From Candidatus Latescibacterota bacterium (lineage in GTDB: Bacteria; Latescibacterota; UBA2968; UBA8231): a stretch of DNA of 64,000 nucleotides. The stretch is taken from contig OZ252098.1 of assembly GCA_965248355.1 (NCBI GenBank), forward strand, positions 4,192,001-4,256,000, written 5' to 3'. Every line of letters starts with the position of its first letter. Positions within the stretch are counted from its first letter, which is position 1. Made by a program: the position numbers and the translations under genes. This document shows, in pieces, positions 19,403 to 28,008 of this stretch. A model generated the notes under the pieces. The model made no database searches. It was not told where the DNA came from and worked only from the letters and a program-made list of their open reading frames with translations.

Positions 19403-21850
19403 ATGCCCGGAGGGCCCGCCCGGGGCCTGCCCCCGATGGGCCGGGTCGTCCCCTGCCTGTTCTTCCTGTCCGGGGCCTGCGGCCTCGTCTACCAGGTCGT
19501 CTGGGCCCGCATGCTCGTCGTCGTCTTCGGGGCCACCGTGCTCGCCGTGAGCACGGTGCTGAGCGCCTTCATGGCCGGCCTCGCCCTGGGCAGCTTCCTC
19601 TTCGGGCGTTACGTCGACCGGCGCGGCGCCGGCGGCCTCCGCCGGCCGCTGCGCATCTTCGCCCTGCTCGAAGCCGGCGTCGGCCTCTACGCCCTGCTCT
19701 TTCCGGCCCTGGCCCGGGAGATCGGCTCGTCGGCGGCCATGCTGCAGGCCCTCGGCCCCGAAGGCGGCGCCCTCTCCCCGGTCCTGCGCTTCCTCATCAC
19801 CTTCCTGCTCCTGCTCGTGCCCACGACCCTGATGGGCGCCACCCTGCCGGTGCTGTCGAAGTTCGTCGTGCGCCGGCTGGCGGGCGCGGGCCCGGGGGTC
19901 GGCCTGCTCTACGGGATCAACACCCTGGGCGCCGTGGCCGGCGTCGTCCTGGTCACCTTCTTCCTCATGGAAGCCCTCGGGCTGCAGGGCAGCATCTGGG
20001 TGGTGGCCGCCGCCAACTTCACCGTCGCCGCCCTCGCCATGCTGGCCGACAGGAAGCTGGCGGCCCCCGCGGCTGACCCGTCTCCCGACACCGGCCTCGA
20101 ACCAGCCGGGGACCCGAAGGTCTCTCCCTCGTCGGCTGCGGCGGGCGAGCCGGTCCCGCGCCACCTCGTCACCGCCGTCATCGCCGCCTTCGGCCTCTCC
20201 GGCTTCGCCGCCCTCGGCTACGAGGTCGCTTGGCTGCGCCTCTTCTTCGTCTCCTTCGGCGTCAACACCCACTACGAGTTCAGCATCATCCTCATCGCCT
20301 TCCTGCTGGGGATCTCCCTGGGCAGCCTCGCCTGCGGCCGCTATCTCCGGGCGGAGAGGGACCTGCCCGCCCTCTTCGGGACGATGGAGGTCCTCATCGG
20401 CCTGGTGGGCCTCTGCTCCGTCTTCCTCTTCGTCTGGTGGCCGGAGTGGAGCGGCTGGATCCAGGGGGCCGGCACGTGGTGGGGCCACCGCCTGGGCGTC
20501 TTCGCGGTCTCCTTCGTCATCATGCTCGTGCCCACCCTGCTCATGGGCGCCCTCTTCCCGGTGGTGAGCCGCATCAACACCCCCCGCCTCGGCCGGCTCG
20601 GGCGCGGCGTGGGAGACGCCTACGCGGTCAACAGCCTCGGCGCCATCGCCGGCTCGGCCGCCACCGGTTTCCTCCTCCTCCCCGTCCTCGGCACGGAAGG
20701 CGCCTTCAAGGCCCTGGGCCTCGTCAACGTGACCGCCGGCCTCGTGGTCCTGGCGCTGCACCAGCGCCACCGCCCCCTCCGGCGCAACAAGGCGGTGGCC
20801 GCCGGCGCCCTGGCCCTCACCCTCCTCGCCCTGGCCCTGGCTCCGGGGGACGTCCTTAGGAGGATCGTCGAGCCGCGCACGCCGCGGGCCGAGCTGGTGT
20901 TCTACCGGGAGGGCCGCGAGGGGGTGGTCACCGTCGTGGCCGAGCCGGGATACCGCGTGATGAAGTTCAACCGGGGCAGCCAGGTGCCCACCGACTACGG
21001 CTCCTTCCAGGTCTTCCGGCTCCTCGGCCACCTGCCCCTGCTGCTGCACGATGCCCCGCGCGAGGTCCTCGTCGTCGCCCTCGGGGGCGGCCTCGCCCTG
21101 GGGGCGGTGGCCCAGCACGACGTGACCCGTGTCGAGTGCGTGGAGATCGTGCCCGACGTGCTGGCCGCGGCCCGGCAGGAGTACGGGCCCTTCAACCATC
21201 ACGTCCTCGACCGACTGGACGAGCACCCCATCCACATCTCCTTCGACGACGGCCGCAACCACCTGCTGTCGTCGGAGCGCCGGTACGACGTGATCACGGG
21301 CGACGCCACCCATCCCTCCAGCACCGACAGCTGGATCCTCTACACCCGCGACTTCTACGAGCTGTGCCGGTCCCGTCTGAAGGAGGGGGGCATCTTCGTG
21401 CAGTGGCTGCCCTTCCACGGCCTCCTCGTGGACGACTTCAGGACCGTGCTGCGCACCTTCGGGAGCGTCTTCGAGCACGCCACCCTGTGGCGCACCAACC
21501 ACTTCTCCGTCATGGTGGGCACCACCGGGCCCCTGCGCGTGGACCTGGCGGAGCTGGAGGCGAGGTTCGATCGCCGCTCCGTGCGCGAGAGCCTCGAGGA
21601 GGCGGACCTGGGGAACCCCCTCGACGTGCTGAGCTGCTTCCTCCTCGACGAGGACTCCTTCGCCGCGTACGTGGGGGAGGGGCCCGTCAATACCGACGAT
21701 CACCCGCACCTGAGCTTCGCCAGCCGCCGCGGCTATGGCGCCGAGGTGTGGCGCGTCCTGGCCGATCTGGACCGCCACCTCGAGGAGCATCCCCCGGCCC
21801 TCGGGCCCTGGCTCGAGTATCCGGACGAGGAGGCGCGTCTGGAGATGTAG
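19403..21850 (+). CDS. Fused membrane (MFS-like)/spermidine synthase-like SAM-binding protein
   Basis: FFLSGACGLVYQVVW, PTTLMGATLP, LYGINTLGA, VLVVALGGG, DDGRNHL, YDVITGD. Confidence 0.88.
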   Translation: MPGGPARGLPPMGRVVPCLFFLSGACGLVYQVVWARMLVVVFGATVLAVSTVLSAFMAGLALGSFLFGRYVDRRGAGGLRRPLRIFALLEAGVGLYALLFPALAREIGSSAAMLQALGPEGGALSPVLRFLITFLLLLVPTTLMGATLPVLSKFVVRRLAGAGPGVGLLYGINTLGAVAGVVLVTFFLMEALGLQGSIWVVAAANFTVAALAMLADRKLAAPAADPSPDTGLEPAGDPKVSPSSAAAGEPVPRHLVTAVIAAFGLSGFAALGYEVAWLRLFFVSFGVNTHYEFSIILIAFLLGISLGSLACGRYLRAERDLPALFGTMEVLIGLVGLCSVFLFVWWPEWSGWIQGAGTWWGHRLGVFAVSFVIMLVPTLLMGALFPVVSRINTPRLGRLGRGVGDAYAVNSLGAIAGSAATGFLLLPVLGTEGAFKALGLVNVTAGLVVLALHQRHRPLRRNKAVAAGALALTLLALALAPGDVLRRIVEPRTPRAELVFYREGREGVVTVVAEPGYRVMKFNRGSQVPTDYGSFQVFRLLGHLPLLLHDAPREVLVVALGGGLALGAVAQHDVTRVECVEIVPDVLAAARQEYGPFNHHVLDRLDEHPIHISFDDGRNHLLSSERRYDVITGDATHPSSTDSWILYTRDFYELCRSRLKEGGIFVQWLPFHGLLVDDFRTVLRTFGSVFEHATLWRTNHFSVMVGTTGPLRVDLAELEARFDRRSVRESLEEADLGNPLDVLSCFLLDEDSFAAYVGEGPVNTDDHPHLSFASRRGYGAEVWRVLADLDRHLEEHPPALGPWLEYPDEEARLEM

Positions 21851-22075
21851 CCGCGGCTGCGGGCCTGGTTCGAGGGCAAGCGCCACGTGCTGAAGGGGGA
21901 CATGCTGCGCCTGAGTGAAGACTGGTCGGGGGCGCTGGCCGCCTACGCACGGGCCCTGGAGGCGAACCCCCGGGAGCTGACGGCCCGCCACTACCAGGAG
22001 GAACTGGAGGGTCCCCTGCGCGAGTACAACCGCCGGCTCCGGGAGCGCCTGCCGCAGGTGGGAGGCCACCATTGA
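21851..22075 (+). pseudogene. In-frame TPR-like C-terminal extension separated from the upstream gene by a TAG
   Basis: Same frame as 19403-21850; GDMLRLSEDWSGALAAYARALEANP resembles a TPR. Confidence 0.55.
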
Positions 22076-22146
22076 GCGGTTGCCCCGCCGGCGGGTCCCA
22101 TGCGATGATTAGGCGATCCCCCGATCCGGCCGTCGAGGAGAGCTGT

Positions 22147-23280
22147 ATGAAGATCACGGCGTCAGGCTGCGTTCACGATGGGCGTGAAGGGCCGGCGCAC
22201 CGCAGGTCCTGCGCCTTCACCACGGTCTACCTCGCCCGGGACGGAACCCTCTACGTCACCGGGCGCTTTGGCAGCGACCGCGAGTCCCTCGACGGCCATC
22301 CCTGCGTCTTCGCCAGCCGCGACCTCGGCGAGACCTGGGAGATGCGCCACGACGGCCACGGCCGCTGGGACTGGGACGGCGGTCCCGGCGAGAACAAGTG
22401 CCTGGCCCTCACCGAGGTGACCCCGGGCGAGTTCATCTCCACCTCCCTGATCGTGGACCGCTCCCGCCCCGAGCTGCCCTTCGTCAACCCCCGGACCCAG
22501 GGACTGCTGCCCATGCGGGTGGTGCACGCCACCTCCACCGACGGGGGGCGCACCTGGAGCCCGCCCCGGCCGATGGAGACGAGTCCCCATCCGGCGGCGT
22601 CCACCTGCACCCACGCCGTCATGGCCATGCCCGGCGGCGTCCTCGCCCAGCCGTACGAACACTGGAAGGAGTACGACGACCCCACCCCGGGGAAGCCCGG
22701 CGCCCTCCTGCGCTTCTCCTTCGACGGCGGCGCCACCTGGCCCGAGTTCGCCACCGTGGCCCGGCATCCGGAGCACCGCATGGCCTACTGGGACCAGCGG
22801 CTGGAGGCTCATCCGGAGACCGGCCGCCTGGTGGCCATGTTCTGGACCCACGACTTCGACGCCGGCCAGGACGTGGACGCCCACATCGCCTGGGGGTCGG
22901 CGGACGGCCGCCAGTGGTCGGAACCGCGGTCCGCCGGCCTGCCGGGACAGCATTGTCAGCCCCTGTCCCTCGGCGGCGACCGCCTGCTGGCCGCGTACCC
23001 GCGCCGCCGGGACCCGCCCGGCATCGTCCTCTCCCTCAGCGAGGATTTCGGCTGCACCTGGGACCGGTCCCGCGACCTGGTGGTCTATGACAGCACCGAG
23101 GGCACGGAGGCTGGGGCCGGGGACGCGCGGTTCGACGCCGATCTGTGGAGCGACATGGAGAGCTGGCGTTTCGGCCATCCCCGCGCGGCCCTGCTGCCGA
23201 AGGGGGAGGTCTTCGTCGTCTACTACGCGGGTGGCCGCGGGGTCAAGAGCGCCCGCTGGGCCAGGGTTTCGGTGGAGTAG
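22147..23280 (+). CDS. Sialidase-like/BNR (Asp-box) beta-propeller protein
   Basis: Five Asp-boxes: SRDLGETW, STDGGRTW, SFDGGATW, SADGRQW, SEDFGCTW. Confidence 0.85.
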   Translation: MKITASGCVHDGREGPAHRRSCAFTTVYLARDGTLYVTGRFGSDRESLDGHPCVFASRDLGETWEMRHDGHGRWDWDGGPGENKCLALTEVTPGEFISTSLIVDRSRPELPFVNPRTQGLLPMRVVHATSTDGGRTWSPPRPMETSPHPAASTCTHAVMAMPGGVLAQPYEHWKEYDDPTPGKPGALLRFSFDGGATWPEFATVARHPEHRMAYWDQRLEAHPETGRLVAMFWTHDFDAGQDVDAHIAWGSADGRQWSEPRSAGLPGQHCQPLSLGGDRLLAAYPRRRDPPGIVLSLSEDFGCTWDRSRDLVVYDSTEGTEAGAGDARFDADLWSDMESWRFGHPRAALLPKGEVFVVYYAGGRGVKSARWARVSVE

Positions 23281-23286
23281 AAACCG

Positions 23287-23955
23287 ATGATGAGCGACTA
23301 CGACCTGAGGCTGGTGGAGGACGAGCTGGCCCCCGGCGGCCGGATCGCAATCCCGGCGCTGACCGGTTTCCGGATCATCTACGTGGGCAGGGGCCGTGCG
23401 GAGGTCGCGCCCGCGGGCGGCGGCCAGCAGGAGCTGGGGGAGAACACGGCGCGCTTCGGCGCGGAGGCCTGCTCCGTGAAGGCCGGCGCCGACGGCGCCA
23501 CCCTGTGGCGCTGGGAGATGATGCGGGGCGAGGGCGGCTGGCGCGCCGAGGGCGAGGAGGCGAGCTGCCTCCTCAAGGCGTCGCACGGCCTGCAGTTGGA
23601 CCCGGGAGAGGAGTGGATGATGCGCTGCGACCGCGTCGACTTCCCGCCCGGGGGCATCGCCTACACCCACGTCCACTCGGGCCCGGGGTTGCGCTGCCTG
23701 CTGCGGGGCGAGCTCATGGTCCGGGTGGAGGACAGCAAGGAGTGGATCGTGCGGCCCGGGGAGACCTGGTTCGAGCGTGGTCCCGACCCGATCTACGCCC
23801 GCGCCTCGGACGAGCCGACGAGTTTCGTCCGCGCCATGGTGGTGCCCCGGTCCTACAAGGGACGCACCACCATCACCTACGTGAAGGCCGAGGACGCGGA
23901 CAAGCCGAAGCCGCAGCAGTACACCCGGTTCGTCGACGAGTTCATCGACCCATGA
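23287..23955 (+). CDS. Cupin domain protein
   Basis: HVHSGPGLRCLLRGEL...VRPGETWFE cupin motifs. Confidence 0.75.
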   Translation: MMSDYDLRLVEDELAPGGRIAIPALTGFRIIYVGRGRAEVAPAGGGQQELGENTARFGAEACSVKAGADGATLWRWEMMRGEGGWRAEGEEASCLLKASHGLQLDPGEEWMMRCDRVDFPPGGIAYTHVHSGPGLRCLLRGELMVRVEDSKEWIVRPGETWFERGPDPIYARASDEPTSFVRAMVVPRSYKGRTTITYVKAEDADKPKPQQYTRFVDEFIDP

Positions 23956-24554
23956 CCGGCCTGGTGCTGCAAGGAAGGGTCAACTGGTCCGGCGAGCACT
24001 GGATCAGCTATCTGCGCCCGCCGGGCGCCTCGGCGGACACCGGCATGGTCAGCCTCTACAACATGCGCTACACCGAGGCCGGCCACGGCTTCGTCGCCTT
24101 CGTCGTCATCGACGACGAAGGCGGTCCGGCCTTCAAGGGCCTGTGCACGGACAACCGGGGGCTGGTGGATTTCGTCCGCGAGCGGGTCCTCCACCAAGCC
24201 AGCCATCCGCCCTACGACGAAGAGCTGCCGGTGATGGAGGCCCACTTCACCCAGGCCGGACACGTGGCCCGCGACCCCTCGTGGACGATCGCCGCCGCCG
24301 GGCGAGAGATCACGGCCCGGTGGGGGCGGATCCAGCCGGTGGTCATCGCCGCCGGCCCCTGGCCGGGCGCCGGCCCGAGCAACTACGTCTGCTCCCTGCT
24401 TCACTTCGCCGAGGAGTCCTCCATCACCCTGGACGGGCGCGCCGTGGCAGGAAGGCCCTATCCGCGGGACATCTGGAGGCCCTCCATCGGCGGCGACCGC
24501 AGCTCCTGCGTCTTCGCCATCTCGGAGAGCCTGCTGACGGTGGAGCTGGACTGA
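23952..24554 (+). CDS. Hypothetical protein
   Basis: ATGA coupling with the cupin gene; typical codon bias. Confidence 0.65.
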   Translation: MTGLVLQGRVNWSGEHWISYLRPPGASADTGMVSLYNMRYTEAGHGFVAFVVIDDEGGPAFKGLCTDNRGLVDFVRERVLHQASHPPYDEELPVMEAHFTQAGHVARDPSWTIAAAGREITARWGRIQPVVIAAGPWPGAGPSNYVCSLLHFAEESSITLDGRAVAGRPYPRDIWRPSIGGDRSSCVFAISESLLTVELD

Positions 24555-24602
24555 GCGGGTACGCCAGGAAACGAAGCTCCTGACAGGTTCTTTTATTCGC
24601 AG

Positions 24603-24794
24603 CTATCGAAAGGAACCGGGGAGTCGCTGCGCATGGGGCTGGTAGCGGGGGAAGTGGTGAACCTTTTGGCCGTTCTCGCTCCACCGGGTAGCCACGCACA
24701 GGGCGCCGGGGCGGGCGCCACAGACGGGACACTCGACGGCCAGGTCGTCACTGTGGGCCCGGGCCGTCGTTCGGCGCCTCTCGGTCTCGGTCAT
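24603..24794 (-). CDS. Small phage-type zinc-finger protein
   Basis: MTETERRR...VECPVCGARPGALC...PHAQR (CPxCGAxPGxxC...H); purine-rich RBS upstream. Confidence 0.55.
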   Translation of the reverse strand: MTETERRRTTARAHSDDLAVECPVCGARPGALCVATRWSENGQKVHHFPRYQPHAQRLPGSFR

Positions 24795-24982
24795 CGGATC
24801 GCGCTTTCCCTCTCCGGGGTTCCCCGGCTCCTCGCTGGAGCCGGGCCGCACACAACCACCGCGAAGCCCGGCATTTCCCCGGGTATCGAACACGGAGGGA
24901 GCGCACGTTAGCAGAAACTAACCCCCGGCGCCTTCGACCGCCGCGGCGCCCGATCCGAGCCCTGGCGCAGCCCGGCGAGCAA

Positions 24983-25900
24983 ATGGCCCTGTTCCACCTA
25001 CCCCCGGACGTGGAATGCCTGTCCTGGCTGCTCAACGCCTACGACCAGTCCGGAGGCGAGGCCATGACCAAGGGCCGGGGCGCCCCTTGGGACCTGCGCC
25101 TATGGGTGGCCTTCATGCTGCACCTTTTCCATCGAGGACAGAGACGGACAGCTACACGGCTGCCGCTTCGCAGAGGCCCGCGTTATCCGATGGCTGCACC
25201 CGGACGGGTGGGCAACCGCCGCGGCGACTGGCACCGCTTCCCGGAGGCCCTGCGCCGCGTCTCCGGCCTGACAACCCCCTTCGGCAATTGGGACGTTCCG
25301 CTTATCACCGTCCAAGCCTTCCCCCGCGAGTACGACCCGGACGCCTGGATCCCCGTCAACCAAGTGTGCCCGCCGACCGCCGCCCGGGGCGCCCCCGTCG
25401 ACTTCGACCGCCTGACCCGCTACGGCACCGAGTCCGCCACCCTGTACCGCGCCTACCTGTCCGCCGTCGCCTGGATGGACCGGAGCGCCCGCCAAGGCCG
25501 AGCCCTCACCGCCGCCGACGGCGAGGCCCTGGCCCGCTTCAACCGGCCCCTCACAGCGGACGGCCTGGCCCGGCTGGCCGGCCTGGACCCCAAGGCCAAC
25601 CGCACGAACCGCCGCCGCTCCCTGGCCGCCTTCGAGCGCCTGGCCGACGACGGTATGCTCGACCTGGTGACCGATGGCCGCTCCCGGTTCCGCCTGCTTG
25701 GCCCGTGTCAACCGGGTACACTCGCCGCCGTAAGTGACTGTCCCGCAACGGTTCCCATTTTAGCCCGAGCAGTACCCGAACAACGCCGCTCTAGCGAGCG
25801 AGCTTGTACTGCTACCGCACCGACAAGAACCCCACCCCCAAACCCAACAGCAGCAGCGAGGCGCCCCGGGGTTCTGCAACCCCTGACCCGCGAAGCCTAG
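24983..25900 (+). CDS. Hypothetical protein, possibly a replication initiator with a C-terminal winged helix; probably degenerate
   Basis: Protein-like blocks (APWDLRLWV, LYRAYL, LARLAGL...AFERLADDGMLDL); apparent compensating frameshifts at about 25127-25210; the end after about 25710 is uncertain. Confidence 0.45.
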   Translation: MALFHLPPDVECLSWLLNAYDQSGGEAMTKGRGAPWDLRLWVAFMLHLFHRGQRRTATRLPLRRGPRYPMAAPGRVGNRRGDWHRFPEALRRVSGLTTPFGNWDVPLITVQAFPREYDPDAWIPVNQVCPPTAARGAPVDFDRLTRYGTESATLYRAYLSAVAWMDRSARQGRALTAADGEALARFNRPLTADGLARLAGLDPKANRTNRRRSLAAFERLADDGMLDLVTDGRSRFRLLGPCQPGTLAAVSDCPATVPILARAVPEQRRSSERACTATAPTRTPPPNPTAAARRPGVLQPLTREA

Positions 25901-26820
25901 ACACAACCCCCGGAACCATGGCGCGTATGCGCGGCTGTTGGCGCATACGAGGGCAGCCAGCACGACCCCCGTACCATGGCGGAATATTCCGTAGCGTAGC
26001 CCCTAAGGCGCAGCGTCAAACGGAATATCTCTGCCAGGCACATAGCCCTCCTTCTCACTGCTGCGCCCCACGGGCGCCCTCACCGGTAGCGGTACAGCAC
26101 GAGCCAGCAGATACGAGACAACGGCGTACGCCATCAACAGCCGTCCGGCCGTTGATGGCCTAACAGTGCCGAGAAGGCCACGCTTACCGCTTCGCCCTTG
26201 AGGGGCTACGCTGCTGAATATTCCCGCCCCTGATACCTGATTGCAGACAGGCCCGGCACCCCGGATGCAGCAACAGCAAGATGGCAAGGGAACAGCAACA
26301 GCGCCGGACTCAAGCCACGGTTGACGCAGCTTGGGAAGGGCTGCCCGGGGTCCGTATCGTGAGCCGCGACGCCCGCGACGCCGACACTGGGGAGCGCGGA
26401 TGGATTGTGGTTCCAGAGGATGCCGCCGCCGCCATCGAGGCCCGATAAGGGGATTTGCCGCCAACCGGCGACGAAAACGGCCGTAAGTTGTTGTTTTTTC
26501 CCCATTATGCACCTCCCTCGACCCCGACAAGGAAGGGAAGGGGGGGGAGAAGGAACGGGCCGGGACGGCCTGACGGGCCGCCCTCCCGTCCTTCCTGCCC
26601 AAGAGCAACATGCAACAGCCTACCCCACCCCCACCCCCACCCCCACCGCCCCCACGCCCGTCAACAGCCGTCCGGCCATTGACGGCCTAACGGAGCCCGT
26701 CGCCACCCACGCCAGCCGAGCCCCAGGCACCGGCACATCGAGGCCCTGCAAGACAGGCCCGGCACCCTTCATGCAGCAGCAGCAGGGAAGGGTGTCCAAC
26801 GGTTTGACGCCCTGGGGAGC
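25845..26820. repeat. Cluster of direct repeats, inverted repeats and hairpins (putative origin, packaging site or structured RNA)
   Basis: IR 25978-26010/26193-26228; DR 25902-25923/25961-25981; duplicated hairpin 26130-26159/26658-26685; DR 26245-26261/26751-26767; seven CAACAGC copies. Confidence 0.8.
26281..26448 (+). CDS. Small hypothetical protein (55 aa, below the ORF-track cutoff)
   Basis: MAREQQQRRTQATVDAAWEGLPGVRIVSRDARDADTGERGWIVVPEDAAAAIEAR. Confidence 0.35.
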   Translation: MAREQQQRRTQATVDAAWEGLPGVRIVSRDARDADTGERGWIVVPEDAAAAIEAR

Positions 26821-26835
26821 AACAGATACCCTCTA

Positions 26836-28006
26836 GTGTCGCGTCCGACAAATGAGTTGTAAAAACAGAGTCAAGGCCTTATCTTCAGGCCATGGCCCGC
26901 CCGGTGTCCCGCCTTGAGTTGACCGCGTCCGAGCGACAGGAGTTGGAGCGTCGCGTCAGGGCCCCCTCCGCGTCCCAGCGCGACAGCCTGCGCGCGGCCA
27001 TCGTCCTGCGCCGGGCCGAAGGGATCAAGCAGGTGCAGGTGGCCGCCGAGTTGGGCGCCAGTGTGGCGTGTGTGAACAAGTGGTCGCAACGCTTTGATCG
27101 CGAGGGTTTGGCGGGACTGAACGACGCCAAGGGCCGGGGCCGGCCGGCGAGCTTGCCGGCGGACAAGGTCGAGCAGGTCCTCACCGCGGTCACGCAGCCG
27201 CCGAAGCCGCGCACGCGCTGGAGCGTGCGCTCGATGGCCCAGGCGGCGGGGATGTCGCCGGACAGCGTGCACCGGATCTGGAAGGCCAACGACATCAAGC
27301 CCCATTTGACCAAGACCTTCAAGGTCTCCACGGACCCGCACTTCGAGGAAAAATTCTGGGACGTGATCGGGCTCTACCTGGATCCCCCCGAGCGCGCGCT
27401 GGTGCTGTGCTGTGACGAGAAGAGCCAGTGCCAGGCGCTGGAACGGACCCAGCCGGGCTTGCCGCTGGGGATCGGCGACATCCGCACCCGGACCCACGAT
27501 TACAAGCGCCACGGTACGATCACCTTGTTCGCCGCGCTCAACTACCTCGACGGCAAGCTCATCGCGCGTCTGGAGGCGCGTCATACCCACGTCGAATGGC
27601 TCCGCTTTCTCAAGCAGATCGACCGCGAGACGCCCAAGAACCTGTCGCTGCACCTGATCGTGGACAACGCCGGCCCCCACAAGGAGGAGAGCGTGCAGCA
27701 TTGGTTGTCTCGGCATCGGCGCTTCCATGTCCATTTCATCCCCACCAGTTCCTCCTGGATGAACTTGGTCGAACGGTTCTTCGGCGAGCTGACGCAGGAT
27801 GTGATTCGGGACGGCAGCTTTGCCAGCGTCGGGGAGTTGGTGCGCGACATCGAAGCCTACTTGGCGCAGCGGAACTTGGCCCCCAAACCCTACCGCTGGA
27901 AGGCCGACGGCGAGACCATCCTGCGCAAGATCCAGCGCGCTCGGGAGACGGTGGCGGCGACATCGGACAGCCCTTGTTGATTCTTCTTAATTCTCGGACG
28001 GGACAC
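26836..28006 (+). mobile_element. IS630 family insertion sequence
   Basis: Terminal IRs GTGTCGCGTCCGACAAAT / ATTCTCGGACGGGACAC with TA on both flanks (26834-35, 28007-08). Confidence 0.92.
26892..27980 (+). CDS. IS630 family transposase
   Basis: HTH, CCDEKSQCQAL, THDYKRHGT, IVDN, WMNLVERFF DDE motifs. Confidence 0.95.
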   Translation: MARPVSRLELTASERQELERRVRAPSASQRDSLRAAIVLRRAEGIKQVQVAAELGASVACVNKWSQRFDREGLAGLNDAKGRGRPASLPADKVEQVLTAVTQPPKPRTRWSVRSMAQAAGMSPDSVHRIWKANDIKPHLTKTFKVSTDPHFEEKFWDVIGLYLDPPERALVLCCDEKSQCQALERTQPGLPLGIGDIRTRTHDYKRHGTITLFAALNYLDGKLIARLEARHTHVEWLRFLKQIDRETPKNLSLHLIVDNAGPHKEESVQHWLSRHRRFHVHFIPTSSSWMNLVERFFGELTQDVIRDGSFASVGELVRDIEAYLAQRNLAPKPYRWKADGETILRKIQRARETVAATSDSPC

Positions 28007-28008
28007 TA

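Noticed and set aside
18836..22072. 1078-aa minus-strand ORF and similar very long antisense or alternative-frame ORFs (4997-7288, 12823-14907, 16041-19391)
   Set aside because: Shadow ORFs of high-GC coding sequence; the recognisable genes lie on the opposite strand or in another frame
25845..26820. Possible CRISPR array in the repeat-rich region
   Set aside because: Repeats are irregular in length and spacing, mostly two copies each, and no cas genes are present
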